Positions 1 to 12,988 are shown, numbered from the whole stretch's first letter. The stretch: 63,461 nucleotides of DNA, filler included, from Craspedostauros australis (GCA_030167865.1; 16 parts of 16 records of this genome joined end to end with filler, not necessarily neighbours in it), one strand, 5' to 3'. Numbers and translations: made by a program. The notes: generated by a model not told the origin, from the sequence alone.

Positions 1-161
1 AGCACGACGCATGATCATTGTTTGTTCAATTCCCACAACTGCAACGATTATTATAAATTTAACACATGAGGCATGTCGTGAGTCGACCTGGCCAGCGAAA
101 AAGGGTTTGAAAAAAAACGACTTCTCGTAAAGCGTATTTGGGCTAGTCCGTTGAGTCGCAG

Positions 162-237
162 TTTGTCTGTGGAGACAAATGGACCCCAATTTGCCTGTGG
201 AGACAAATTGCACCTCCAATTTGCCTGGGGAGACAAG
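162..237. repeat. Three copies of a palindromic 18-mer TTTG(T/C)CTG(T/G)GGAGACAA(A/G) at 28-30 bp spacing
   Basis: Copies at 162-179, 190-207 and 220-237. The first is a perfect 7-bp stem (TTTGTCT/AGACAAA) with a 4-nt loop. Confidence 0.8.
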
Positions 238-764
238 CCACGTAGGCCAGTACCAGGCCAAAATCATTATGGATATGGCTTGGTTTGGATTGGTATGGCC
301 TGGTATTCACGATGCTTCCAAATATCTTGATTCGTGCTGTTACGATGGATACTTGCGTCGATCGTTTCTGCTGAGCCTATTGCGGTTGCTTCTTTCGTTG
401 CTGCTTTCGTTGCTGTTTTATGTGCGTGTAGTACTTCAGTACTGCAACTCGTGTCGTGATCTTGAAGCTCCCCATGCGAAATAATAACGAAGTCGGCACT
501 TGCCAGAAGGTGGCACGTGATTTCGACACCGGCTGATTGTCGGTCGGTTGACCAAACCAACGACACATCTGGAGACTTCTCGGATGTTCCTTGTGTCTTC
601 TTCCGTGCCTGAGATGGTGCAGTTGTGCAGAACTTGTCGCGCGAACGAACGGCTGGGTGGTCTTGGCAGCGAACGTGCGAACGATCAAACACTTTTGCAC
701 ACGAACAATTGGCACCAGGTTTTGTGTCACAGAAGCAGTTTGGTGGTGCATCTGCTGCACAAGG

Positions 765-808
765 ACGAGTACAAGCACGAGCACAAGCACGAGCACAAGC
801 ACGAGTAC
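765..808. repeat. Short 12-bp tandem repeat (CACGAGCACAAG with TAC/CAC variants)
   Basis: About 3.5 copies visible directly. A related CACGAG run occurs at 44181-44212. Confidence 0.75.
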
Positions 809-970
809 TTGGAGAGAGGAAGCGACCCTCGTGGCCGCAGAACACAGCGTGGTGCAGCACACATTCCATTAGCAACGCATCTTTGACCAAACAATACCCC
901 CAAAGAAGAGTACCTGTCCGCCTTGAGCGAGATCATTCCGATCTTGTTGCCAATACGTTTCCACGCAGTC

Positions 971-1080
971 GTAGTCTGTCGTAGTCTGTCGTAGTCTGTC
1001 GTAGTCTGTCGTAGTCTGTCGTAGTCTGTCGTAGTCTGTCGTAGTCTGTCGTAGCCTGTCGTAGTCTGTCGTAGTCTGTC
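971..1080. repeat. 10-bp minisatellite (GTAGTCTGTC)x11
   Basis: Eleven consecutive units, one with a T>C variant (GTAGCCTGTC). Confidence 0.97.
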
Positions 1081-3224
1081 ATCGTCGTCGTCGTCGCTTC
1101 GACAAGCGCGCGAGTTCGTTAGGAAAGGAAACTTCTTGACTTTCACGAATCGGGAGCTGCACGATCGCCAAACTTCACATTTATGGAGGCGAACGAGCCT
1201 CGCACCACAATTGATATTCTGCTGGCTCATTTCGAGTTGTCGATGCCAACCACGTCATCCAATTTCGGAGCGGGATCATCGCAGAGAACAATCGACTTGG
1301 CCGGGATCGGTGCTGGAGGAAAGACGGAAGAGGAAAGTGCGTACAGCTCAACCTCCACTTTGGTCCGAGGAGTTCGAGGTCTCCACATGACACATGCTGC
1401 CCCAGCTGTGGATATTCTCTAGACTTTATTCTGCGACACAACTCTTGCTGAACAGAGCCATTTCGGTGTACGGGTGTGTGCGTGCGAGAGTGAGTCAGCG
1501 AGTGAGTCAGAGAGACAGAGAATGCGGAGCAGACAGATAGAAAACGATCAAAGCAGACAACTCCGGATGTTAATGAGCGCCTGAACGCTGACGATCACTG
1601 CTTGTACAACCTTGAATGCCGATAGTGCAGCTTCTCCTGCTGAAGAGGATACTGACAGACGGGAGCTATTGTAGGCTTCTCCCGCAGCATGGAATACCGA
1701 TCGCTCCTCGAACGAGAGTGATATTGCAGCAGCAATAGAAACACAACAGAATTTTGATACATAATAATTGCATGGTCAACAGTGATCAGCAAACGACAAG
1801 CGGACTGCACCAGTATGGATAGTAGTGTGCTTGTTCAATGATGCCTTTCCAGTTCATCATGAAGGATCAGTGATCTGTTCATGATGTGGTTTTCTGACTG
1901 GAATGCGTGTGTGTCTGCACTTGGTCAGGCGTTGCTGTATTGAATAGTGTTTGTGGAGGCGATAGCACAAGCAACTCTTGCGATTGCGGTCAACGTATCT
2001 ATTGGCATGTGAGGTCGACAGGGGATGGGGGGTCGGAGAGTACGGCTTGCGCAATGTGATAGCTTCTATGCAATGAGCGCTCTTCTTTTCGGTCTCACAT
2101 AGAACAAGCCGCTCGGTGCCGATTCCAATGCGTCATCGATCAATGGCAGCGCAAAGCATCGTCAACTATGGCAAGCTCACCACCCGTGCAGACAAGGGAG
2201 TAAGGAAACACCAATCGGCAGTAATCGATCGATAATCGCAACCAATCTTCTTCTGTAGGGAATAGAGTGGTTGTTGTTGACATCTTCATGGCCATTGCCA
2301 CGGAGGGCGGCAGTAGGACCAACACCAGGTGTAAGGGTATGGACCCAGAAAGGGGATGTCGCAGCATGGCTCGCAGTTGGCGAAACCGGCGTCTGTCCGT
2401 CATTTCACAACACACATTTTCGAAACAATCAATTTTAGTCTTTTTATGTTCTCAATTCACGCTTCTCCTCGTGAGTCTTGTGTCCTCATGACACGTTTCG
2501 GAGAGCAAATGAACTGTTTTCAAAAGGACACCTTGGGACTGCAACTTTGAAGAGAGCAAAGATGGAGGTCTGTGCATCACGTACTGTTCCATCCTCTCTG
2601 AGCAACGGTACTTTCCCATGCCGGTGCATATATGCATGTACTCCAGAGTATATACTTGTGTGGTATCCTATTCCGAGCTGGAGCTTCATTCCGAGTACGA
2701 GATAGAATACAATACAATGCACCAAGCCTGCAATTCCGTTGCCATCGTGTGCAACGGTGCAACTTCACATGCATCTCATGGGAGTTTGCCCTGGCTGTTC
2801 CACGCGCTAGATTCATATCATTTTATCTTGTGTTATGCTGCTGTCCTCCTGGCATGTGTTGTTCGTGCCATGTTGGAACAGTGGTGCAGCTGACCACTGG
2901 TCGCTGTCACATTGACAGGTGTGCTTGGAGAGCAGAGTGAAAAGAGCTCGGTGGAAGTGCTCAGCCGTCCATCGTATCTTCAGCCATGGAAGTATATACA
3001 TACATAGAAACACAAGGCATCAAAGTAGCGGGGGACACAACATCTGCCTTCGCTTCCAGATGTACTTGCATGATCAAGAGAAGTCGAGGAGAGTAAACAT
3101 AGATGCATTTGCAGTTTCAAATCATTTAATTCATCGATGATTTCATTTGTTAGTACGGATGATGCTGTCATAGGCTGTTTCGCCATGGTGGGCGTGGACT
3201 TCTTTTGGTTTCATGTCCAGCTGA

Positions 3225-5711
3225 CTATTCAGCTTGTTTTACGTTCCGGATGTGCCAGCAGAAACCAACGGCGTCTAACCGATCGATCCGTTCCTCGGTC
3301 ATGTTGCTGCGTTTTCTAGATCGCAGAAGTTTGCACTGCCTCCGTTGGCACTTCACCCAAATGGCAAGGAGGCGGTTGACCGTGTATCGGGCTGGGACAT
3401 TGCAATGCCCATGCTCTTCCTTGTACTTGAGCAGGTCTTGGAACCTCTCCTCCCAGAGCGCATAGTGGCTGTCCCATACGAAGCCGATAGAATCCAGCGC
3501 CGCCTCGCGATCTGCGGTGAGGGTGGAATGGCGGCCATCTGCTTTGAGCTTGTATTGGTTGCGCTGCCGCTTAACCCACTGTGCGAGCTGGATGTTGTCA
3601 TCGTAGCAGTGGGGGACGGAGCAGTGCCCGTATTTCTCGCGGAACTGGTACAGCTCAGTATATCGCGTATTCCACCTTGTTTCTTGCTTGCACCGCGCTT
3701 GCCTTTGTGCGGGTAGATACGATTGGGGCTGCAGTCGAGATGGTGATGATGACGGTGATGGCGACTGAGACTTTTCGTGGCTGTTGCTGCTGTTGGAGGT
3801 GCTGTCGGTGGCGTCGTCGGTGATGTCGTCGAGTTTGGTTCGACCGCATTGAGTGAATTGATTTGTGCCGCAGAGCTGATCGTTGCCGTCTTCAACATTG
3901 CCGGTGACAAGGCATGCCCCGGTGGCATTTGCATTGGTTGTGCCGTGGCGGTCATCCTTGACGTGACCATTCTTGAGATGATCGACACCAGAAGCGCATT
4001 CAGCCGCAGCCGCGCCATAGTCTTGTCCGAGAAGATCGTCGTGTGTGTCAGTGTCGGCATCGCAGTCGCCCTTCAGACTGGCGTATTCCTGGATCTGGCT
4101 TGGCTTGTCGAGTTGTTCCGTACCAACCCATTGGGGCAAGATCAGGGACGGAAAATCGATGGAAGCCAACATCTCCAACAGAATTGGTCGCTGCTGTAGA
4201 ATTGGAGATGGTGAGATCCGGCGCCGCTTGGATGCCGCTTGCTCTGGAAGGGATGCGGAGCATGGAGCACGTGACGAAGTTCTGCGTTTTGTAGAAGTGC
4301 TTCTGTCATCATCGATGATGATATCGAATGGTGATACGTACTGTTGGGTGGAAATGGCGCCATGATCGCCGATATTATTGGTGTCCATGTCGTTTCCTAA
4401 TCCACGCTGGAAAGACGAGATCTCATCAGAGGCTTGTGGAGGCCCCTGCGTGGAGCAGGTTGAAACAGTCGCAGCGATCAAGTCCCCGGTCTGCGACATG
4501 TCGAAGGGTGACATTGGGGTTCGTTTGTTGAAGCAAGTTGGTGGCGAGTGGGGCTGCATATCATTCGCCACACCGGCCGTTCCGCCGGGAGTGCTCTGGC
4601 GATGGATATGACTATGACTGCTGCTGCTGCTGCTGTTGTGGCTGTGGCTGTGGCTGCGGCTCTCGCAGGTTGGGAGGAGGAATTCGAAGGGATGGGCCGA
4701 TGATGCGCCAAGTGTGTTCGCTGTCGTCTCGGATTGAAACGAGTGGGTAGCATCATGCCTCTGTTGATCAGAATCAGTATCGAGGTCGTGAGAGGGCGAA
4801 AAGGGCAGAGGCTCGAGGTCGTGACAGTTCAGGTGACAGGCGAAGTCATTTTGCATGGTGCACGTTTGGTGAGAGTTGTGATTCTGGCATGTGTTACATT
4901 CTTGAATGGGCTGCAATAGCCAGTCGAATGCCTGCCTTGGTGCACTGCCGATATCCATTTGCTCTCGTGTGGTTTGGTTCGTGTTTGTAGCTGGGATCAC
5001 CGCCGTATGCATACCACGATCTCTGTGAATCTCAGTATGACTGCCCAAAGTGGGACCCATGGGCGAGATGTCCGCACCGCCGTGAGGCGCGTTGGGAGAT
5101 GGGAATGGTATCATGTTCGATGTCACCGTGTTCGATTGCACCATAGTCGATGGGGCCCTGTTCGAGGGCAACTGACTCGCTCGTCCGACATCGGGGTTGA
5201 ATGCCATCAGCGCCTCTGTGTTGCTCGTACCCATCCCTACCCCCGAAGCCATGCAGCCATGTATGCTCGGATCTGAGTTAACATGTATGTGTGTGTTTGG
5301 CCACATAGTCGGAGCCTGAGCTGAGGATCCACCTGAGAAACGCGTTGATGAGCGTGGGGATGCCGGCATGGGCGGGGAGAATGGCGATAGGGCGGAACCT
5401 GCGGTGGCGCTCGTTGCGGGCACACTCGCAATCTCACCAAAAGTGGCGGAATCTGTCGACCTGGGGTGCTGGTGAAAGTCGACGAGAGATGCCCTGTGGT
5501 GTTCGTCATAACTGAAGTTCACGGTGTCCTTGGCGCTCATGTCGATGGCGTCGAAGTCCAGCGCGGAGTGTCCCAACTGGGTGACTTTGACCGTGCTACT
5601 CGCGACCCTGGTTTGGTTGACAAACAAAGACGGAAATAGTTGTTGCTGTTGCTGCCGTTGAGCTTGGCGATGGACTGGCATTGTCATTGCTTCTGTGTTT
5701 GCCGTTGCCAT
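3225..5711 (-). CDS. Protein with two C-terminal helicase-associated (HA) domains and a long low-complexity N-terminus; putative DNA-binding regulator
   Basis: 828-aa ORF. The C-terminus has two repeats of the HA pattern (WNTRYTELYQFREKYGHCSVP...LAQWVKRQR...LDSIGFVW and WEERFQDLLKYKEEHGHCNVP...LAIWVKCQR...LDAVGFCW). No helicase motifs are seen. Confidence 0.9.
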   Translation of the reverse strand: MATANTEAMTMPVHRQAQRQQQQQLFPSLFVNQTRVASSTVKVTQLGHSALDFDAIDMSAKDTVNFSYDEHHRASLVDFHQHPRSTDSATFGEIASVPATSATAGSALSPFSPPMPASPRSSTRFSGGSSAQAPTMWPNTHIHVNSDPSIHGCMASGVGMGTSNTEALMAFNPDVGRASQLPSNRAPSTMVQSNTVTSNMIPFPSPNAPHGGADISPMGPTLGSHTEIHRDRGMHTAVIPATNTNQTTREQMDIGSAPRQAFDWLLQPIQECNTCQNHNSHQTCTMQNDFACHLNCHDLEPLPFSPSHDLDTDSDQQRHDATHSFQSETTANTLGASSAHPFEFLLPTCESRSHSHSHNSSSSSSHSHIHRQSTPGGTAGVANDMQPHSPPTCFNKRTPMSPFDMSQTGDLIAATVSTCSTQGPPQASDEISSFQRGLGNDMDTNNIGDHGAISTQQYVSPFDIIIDDDRSTSTKRRTSSRAPCSASLPEQAASKRRRISPSPILQQRPILLEMLASIDFPSLILPQWVGTEQLDKPSQIQEYASLKGDCDADTDTHDDLLGQDYGAAAAECASGVDHLKNGHVKDDRHGTTNANATGACLVTGNVEDGNDQLCGTNQFTQCGRTKLDDITDDATDSTSNSSNSHEKSQSPSPSSSPSRLQPQSYLPAQRQARCKQETRWNTRYTELYQFREKYGHCSVPHCYDDNIQLAQWVKRQRNQYKLKADGRHSTLTADREAALDSIGFVWDSHYALWEERFQDLLKYKEEHGHCNVPARYTVNRLLAIWVKCQRRQCKLLRSRKRSNMTEERIDRLDAVGFCWHIRNVKQAE

Positions 5712-8700
5712 TTCGAAGACGCAGGGTTGCTGATGTATGGCAGTTGATTGTATGAGGACGACTGCGTTGGTGTTGGTGTTGGTGTTGGTGTTGATGCTGA
5801 TGCTGATGCTGATGGCGATTGGTTGGTGATAAGCTGATGGGTGAGATGGTTCAGTTGCACGAGAAAGTATGTGCTATTGATGATCGTTTCGTTGAGGTAA
5901 TGGGAGGAGGTATGTTTGTGGCTTTCAGATGGACGCAGAAAGTGAGTGAGTCGGATTGCTCCTGCGTACGTCTGCCAACACCACTGATGTGCACCATCCT
6001 CGTCTTTGTACTCGTAGCTCGTGTGATGTATGATCCCTCCCGGGTCACAGAGACTCTGCTGGTCTTTTCCTCGCGTTCGGTGGAAGATGACTACTCCACA
6101 TTCCTCTAATTGTGCCACACCAGTGGTTGTCGGTAGAAAGCGGGAGATGGAGAATCGCGGAGCCCACGATCGTGGCGATCACGCAAGTCCGCGAACCAGC
6201 AACTCGTGCTTCAGAAAGGCCCCTGTGCCGCTTGCTGCCCAAGCAATCTCGTTCCACCTTTATCAGGAGTTGCACGTGACGTTGTGATTGTTCGGTGCAG
6301 AATGCCTACGCGTTTACGGATGTCCTCCAACATTCAAAGTCCACTATTCCTTGCGTCCTACGGTGCGCGCAACGGTTGTTCGTTCCTCCCAAGTCGAAGT
6401 CGCAGAACAGAGCCTCGATTGTGATGAATCGAGAGCGGTACCTGGCCAAACGCGTGATGTCCATCCACGAATGTCACACCAACCACTGATTTTTCGTTCC
6501 TTGCTGGCGTAACAGGTACAAAGAAAACCCCTCGTCTGCTCGCGTTTGCGTGGTCACAAGAACTGAGTGTACCAGCGCAGCATTCCACTTCAACAATGGT
6601 CGCGACGGCCGTTGGTGCGAATTCTGGACCAATACCGCTGTGCGAATAAACAAAATGGCCGGCATTCCTTGGCGATTCGTCCACACTCATTGTTCGCTTA
6701 ATAATGCTTCACTTGAAGTAGATGCTGTGACTCTTGTGACAACGCACAACGGAGAAATAGGGTTCATTTGTTCCAGTTACCACGGCACAACGAAATGCCT
6801 TGGTACCCACCACCACGACATTGATCCGTGTTGCATTCGCAGATAAGTTCTGTGCAAATGACCAAGCGAATAGACGATCGGAGAAAAACTGCCTGTTGTG
6901 AGCGACGAGAGGGGTGACGTGGGTCGGCGACCACAATGTCTCCTCGCGTCTCGTGCATCCTCAAAATGCTCACATCTTGAAATAAATAAAATATGGCACT
7001 CTCACACTGTGGCCACCTGCGAGAGGATCACGAATTCAACTCCAATCTCCAAAATCAGGCGGATGGCACGAATACACCAACCACGTCCACATGGACTACA
7101 TGATGTAGAGTATATTCCAGACAACAACTGGAGAGCGACGTACCTGACAATGCCAACAACCGTGCTCATGCCCGCTCCAAGATGAAAGCTTGGAAGTTGC
7201 GGCCTCCGCTTGTGCGTACACGTATCCATCTACCTAACCACCAACTTGTGTACGAGCATGAGTGAAGTTGCGGGCGTATCGATTTAGAACTGCAGGTTGG
7301 AGAGTAGTCGTTCTTACAACATGCATTGAAGTGCCGATTCTGCCGAAGGATCAGATGTGCGCGCTTCCTTTGCGAGTCGTACCAAGACGCGCGCCTATTG
7401 GTAGCTGAAGTGGTCGATTGGTTCCGTCCAATCCTGTTTTTCATTACATTTGTGATAGCAACGGCAGAGTGGAGGCGTTCGTTGTTGCCGTTGCCGTTGC
7501 CGTTGCCGTCACAAATACAGATCCCCAAACTACATCCATGGTACAGAGTCGTTCCAAACACATCATCGTGTGGGCCCGCCAGTGCCGGAATTCGTCTGGT
7601 CTCTCCCACCACATTGTTCTATTTTGTTCAAAGGGCACCTCGGCAGAGAGAGGATGTCAATGGAAACGGAATGGGGCTGTTCTGCCAAGCTTTGGTCGGC
7701 TTCGAATGTATGTAGTACCACGGCATCTCCGATAGCCTCGGAGAATCATTCCTCGTTGTACGCGCGCCAACGCCATGGAGCGCTTCGCGCCGGAGAAGCC
7801 GCTTTTCCTTGGGTTGTTCTTCGCAGTTGCTCTCGCCTCTCCCAACGCCGAACCACGTATCGGTATCCAGACGCAAAGCACGACAGATGCTTCGTTTTGC
7901 GTTCTTTGTCGTCTGGTTGGTTTTTCGTGCCGGTGCTTCCATGATCTCTTCGCGATGCCTCGCATTGTGGAATGCGAAAAGTTGCCTCCGCCCAAAAGCA
8001 GCATCTCCATCCAACAGAGTGGTAGAGAGTCTGGTACGTATTGGTATGCGTAGCGCTTATGCTCTGCTTGTACACGGTGCATGTTCGCATCGAGTTCGTG
8101 TGTTATGCCATGAACGTACCCATCGTTGCAAAAATGCCGGTAAGGTACGGTACGTTGCCCTAGGCACCAGCAATGGAGACGCCACAGCACTCTCTACAAT
8201 GTATCTCCATGTGGGCAGCTACTGATTGCACGTTTTCTGTGCAACATGTCCATGTAGTACACCAACACGGGAATGAAGAGACCGTTTTGCGCAGGGTACC
8301 ACGAGTAAACAGAAGCGAGTCTTGCTGAAGCATAATATCTCGTTCGCTGTTTGCATCATCTTCCGCATCTCTGCTCTAGTGTTTCCCGTTGCATTGTCTT
8401 GGCGATGTCGGTAACGTGATCCAGGTGGTCTTTTGTCGTCGTCGTCGTTCTTCATTGCAACTTGCGCGATGATTTCAACTTCAACCATCCCAAGACATCG
8501 TACCAGGTTGGCATCGATGCACTGGAAGCAGCTGCATGACAGGCCATCAGGCCATGTGCCACGGTATCATGTTACGCGACCGAAGGTGAGAGAGTAGGGT
8601 GTATCAGTGTTCGATGGATGAGACGTGGCCCTATGTCCTGATAGGTACCACAAGATTGCGTAGACCAACGGAAAACGGTATTCGACATGTGCCATGATCC

Positions 8701-9267
8701 TGCCGCTCCTTGCACACTATTCTGCACCAACTGGAAAGCCCCAAGACCAGAAAACGGCCTAGACATCGCAGGCATCTTTGAAGCAGTCGGTACCTGGACC
8801 ATAGCTTGCATCGAGTCCATCCTACCCCCGAGATTTCGCTGAGGTCTGCATCGGGGTTGGCTGTAGTTGCCAAGTGTGGAAAGAGACCATGACGCGATGC
8901 TACCACTTTCTGATTCTCCACGACGAGGTTAGAAATGGCTTTGGCAATAGTATGAGTATGGATAATATTGATGTGGGTTCTCTCTGCCATCGACGCTCTC
9001 GAGCAAAGCAATGTCTGCCCTTGCCATGGGTGGGTTCCGACGTTTTTACAGAAAGTGGTGCCGCGATGGCAACAACCATGCTGTAGACACATTGCCGAAT
9101 GCAAAATAGTTTGGGCGATGACGCGAAAAGACAGTATGGAATGCAGAAGTCGAAGAAGCAAAGTCGACGCATCGGGTCGTGTTGATATCCATAATGACGT
9201 TTTTCTTGCGTCCGGACGCATTCTCTACGTAGCTTGCGTCCGGACGCAAATTGAACGCTCAGTTTGC

Positions 9268-9367
9268 NNNNNNNNNNNNNNNNNNNNNNNNNNNNNNNNN
9301 NNNNNNNNNNNTTAATTAATTAANNNNNNNNNNNNNNNNNNNNNNNNNNNNNNNNNNNNNNNNNNNN
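9268..9367. other. Artificial contig-joining linker (N44-TTAATTAATTAA-N44), first of 15
   Basis: The same 100-nt linker with stops in all six frames also occurs at 11423-11522, 24325-24424, 26961-27060, 30912-31011, 41261-41360, 43553-43652, 49311-49410, 50958-51057, 52463-52562, 54642-54741, 56395-56494, 57818-57917, 60353-60452 and 62197-62296. ORFs are cut at these points. Confidence 0.98.
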
Positions 9368-11422
9368 GTCCTTGTCACCAGCGAACTCGCTGTCGGTGTA
9401 CACCACAATCTTCCATGCATCGTTCTCCAAGGGTTTCGGTCTCATCTTCAGGCCGTACTCCCTCGTATCCGACACGAACTTCATGACTCTCAGCATCTCC
9501 TTGTACGCTGCGGCCGTTGGTCCGTCCAACACCTTGGTCAGTTCTCGCACTGCATTGGCGATGTCGGGTCTTGAGTGTTTCACCAGGTACAGCAGCATCC
9601 CCACTCCGCTTCGGTAGTTGCTGTGTCGCTGCTTGTCGACCTTTGGTGAGTCACTCTCTCTCTGGATGCCTTGTCCTGGCGTCCCTGGTGTGCCGTATCG
9701 TTGCAGCTTCATCACATCGTCCTTGAAAGTGCTGACGATGTTGTTGATGATGTGTGGTTGGTTCACCCAGCAATTGGTCTCGTCATGGTTGAAGTTGATC
9801 TTGCAACTGAGGTAGTCTTCGAGATCTTCCTCCACCTTGATACCGAATCACTTTGCCTTGATGTCCCCCACGAGGTCCTTCAGCTCCTGTTCATCCCCGA
9901 TGCACAGGCAGTCGTCGACGTAGGTTCCGATCAGTAGCATTCCCCCTTCCTGATTCCGAATCAGGAGGCATGGATCCACCTTGCTCTGTCTAAATCCCAT
10001 TTCGATCAGGATGTCGACCAGCTTCTTGTTCCATTGCCTGGCGCTCTGCACGAGCCCATAGATCGTCTTCTTGAGCAGTAAGCATTCATCGGCCTCATGC
10101 CTCATGCCTTTCGGGCATTGCATGTAGATCTCCTCTTCGAGATCCCCATGCAAGAACGCTGTCTCGAAGTCGATGATGATNCAGTCCATTCGAAGAAGCA
10201 TCTTCATGGTTAGCATCACTCGGTAGGTNGCGTCGTGGATCACNGGTGCNTGATGCGCTGAGAAGTCGACTCCTGCAATCTGGGAATACCCACATGCAAC
10301 CAATCGGGCGCGGAATACGCCGTTCCTCTTCTCCTTGAACACCCACTTGGTCTTCACGCATCGTCGGTTGTCTGGCATCTCGCTCTTCTTGATCTTCTGC
10401 CATACTCCTCTTCTGGCCATGTCAGTGAACTCCTTGTTGATGGCTCCACGCCACTTCTCTCTCTTCTCGGGATCAGCATGATCCCAGCACTCCTCGAACG
10501 TCGTTGAATCCAACATCACAGCCGTGTTGGCTTGTTCGGACCATTCACCATTCCGTTCGTTCTCAACATCCTGACTCGCAGCGATGAAGTCGATAAGTCT
10601 CATCCTCCCTTGGGTAGTATCGATCATCATGCCGGCGACGTCCCTGTTGAACATCGACCCATCTGTGTGGAAGCTGGGTCCTCCAGTAGCCGCGGGGACT
10701 ATCATCGTCTCCTGCGCAGTGTCGTAGCCATCCTCATCCCCTGATGCTGATGCTTCGCCTGCCTCCGATTCCGAATCCGATTCTGATTCTCGTTCCCTTT
10801 CCTCTTGGGGAACCGGTGAGTTGTTATAGCCAGCCAGGCTACTCACCATTCTCGGTACGCGTGCCAATGGTCTCATGGGAGTGCGTGCATTCGATTGCTC
10901 GGTAGCCAAATCGATCTGCCCCGCACGGTCGTTGTCCCTTCCGGTTTCATCGTCCTTATCGTTGATCGATGGTTCTTCCCCTTGGGTAGGTAGTAAATCG
11001 TCTTACTCGTGAGTGGTGTCGTCTGTGTCTCTTGTTGTGTGTCCGGCTCTTCCGCTCTTCTCTGCGACGCCGATCTTCGCGCTCCTTGCGATGTTCGAGC
11101 TTCGCCCCCAAGTCACTCTCTTTCTCTGGAATGCATCTCCAGTGTCAGAGTCGTCGTCTTCCAGATCATGTATTATCGATCTGTTGGCATTCTCAACACC
11201 CTTGAACTGCCCATACGACTGGTTCATCCATGTCACGTCTCGTGTGATTAGGATTCTTGCCGTTGCGAGGTTCATCATTCGGTATACACCGCTCGCATGT
11301 GACTGCCCGTATCCGACGAACATCGCAGGCTTGGACCAATCGTCCAGTTTCGCCTTGATCACTCGGCCTCCGATGAACACCATGCCAATCTCGCCGAACA
11401 AACGCAGTCCGTCCACGTATGT
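9368..11422 (-). mobile_element. Ty1/copia (CoDi-like) LTR retrotransposon pol fragment: integrase C-terminal region, reverse transcriptase (RVT_2) and start of RNase H; disrupted
   Basis: Motifs FGEIGMV...KLDD.SKPAMFVGY, KWVFKEKRNGVFRARLVACGYSQ, DFETAFLHGDLEEEIYM, KTIYGLVQSARQW, YVDD, YRSGVGMLLYL..HSRPDIA and YTDSEFAGD. All lie in one frame broken by TAA (11003-11005) and TGA (9848-9850). Confidence 0.95.
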
Positions 11423-11522
11423 NNNNNNNNNNNNNNNNNNNNNNNNNNNNNNNNNNNNNNNNNNNNTTAATTAATTAANNNNNNNNNNNNNNNNNNNNNN
11501 NNNNNNNNNNNNNNNNNNNNNN

Positions 11523-11926
11523 CGCGTCGCCATTTGCTTGTGTCCGATCATGGTTTCGAAGCCTGCGTAGATAGGCATCGGCTTGTCCGTAGTCTTGTCG
11601 AGATACACCTCGCGTTGATCTTTCGCAGCGCAGAGGACATAGGCACCTCCAGGGACTGGGATGTTGTGCTGGAAGATGGAAGACCCCAAGGATTTCCGAA
11701 GGTGGAGGTGCCACCATGGTGCTTCGGATGATGCCAGAAGTCTGACGGACTCCATGATCCCGACAGGGACCTTGACAGGGGCATCTTTGGCGGCTGGTCT
11801 GTTGAAGGCGATGGCAGCCCATCCCAAAGCAAGTGCCAGAGCGATCAGGCTCACCGTTGAGACGTTGTCTCCCAAAGCTGTTGCGAAATCGAAGTTCATC
11901 ATCGTCATGTTCATTGTTGTTGTCAT
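11523..11926 (-). CDS. Cytochrome P450 copy A, N-terminal part (3' end cut by contig edge)
   Basis: The N-terminal membrane anchor and ...KDAPVKVPVG...PWWHLHLRKSLGSSIFQHNIP...KDQREV.LD closely match copy D at 23312, which has a P450 I-helix. Start is 11926 or 11899. Confidence 0.8.
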
Positions 11927-11980
11927 CGTGGCAGGGGTGGTCAAAGGTGTGGTGTTGCTGTGTTGTTGTTGCGTTGCAGT

Positions 11981-12019
<39 letters not shown>

Positions 12020-12988
12020 AATTGTGGAATGAGAGTGGAGGGAATATGAGATCCGTGGACTGGGTGGCTGGAGGAAGCAGCCCTCGAAGAGGATTACGCA
12101 AAGTAGTCGCGCGTAGATCACGGGAGCCCAAATGCCAAGCCGTCGAGCGACTACTTGCACGCCACATCCCATCGCACCTCAACACATCGCGCCACATCAC
12201 ACCACAGCATCCCCCTTCTCTTTTCCTCCTTGGTCACGAATCCAAATGTCCACCAATCATTTGTTGAACTTCAATCACACTCAAATCAAACATTTTTGGA
12301 GACAGAGATGTGCGTACTGAGAACAACCAAAGTGAACTGTTGCGTGTGCATAGATCGAAGAATGGTCAAGACAAGAACGGCTTTGTCTACCTGTTCATTT
12401 TCTGTTCGGATCCCAGTTGATTTTGTCAGCTGTTCTGTTGCAGACGATGTCAACAAGAGGAACCAGCAGAGCAGAAAACTCTGCGTTCGTGGACACGTTT
12501 GGCATTTGATGATTGGCAACTTTGAAACGAACGAGTATTCTCCCTTTGCTTCCAATGTTCGTCGCTTGTCCGAGTTGGCGACAAAATGGAGTTGAAAAGA
12601 GGGACACGCTTGTTTGTAGATGTGGATCTCGAGTGTGGAGAGAGAAAGAGTGAGAGAGCAAGTGAATGTGGTCTGCTTCCTCGAAATGGTCTTGGTGATG
12701 ACTTGACGAGACGTGAAGAGACCGGACTCCAAGTATGGATAGGAGTGTGAAACCTAATCTATGATCTTCTTCACTTGGTGACATCGAACATACGAGTAGA
12801 AAAGTGGAAACGGCGCACTGTTCTTCACGTCACTTTTGTTGGTGAGGATGCGTCTCTTGTCTCTATTCCACTCCGATGGTCGGTCCAGCTGTAGCTCGTA
12901 GCTCGTGCATCTCGTGTAGGTAAGTAGAGTGATATACAAAATGCTTGACTTTATGTTGGTGGCTGCAATTGTGTACCTTGATGGTTGC

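Noticed and set aside
971..1080. Telomeric repeat
   Set aside because: The unit is not TTAGGG-like and the array is internal.
9312..9323. Recurrent TTAATTAATTAA as a biological repeat or PacI-like site
   Set aside because: It is always centred in N44 flanks, so it is an artificial six-frame stop linker.
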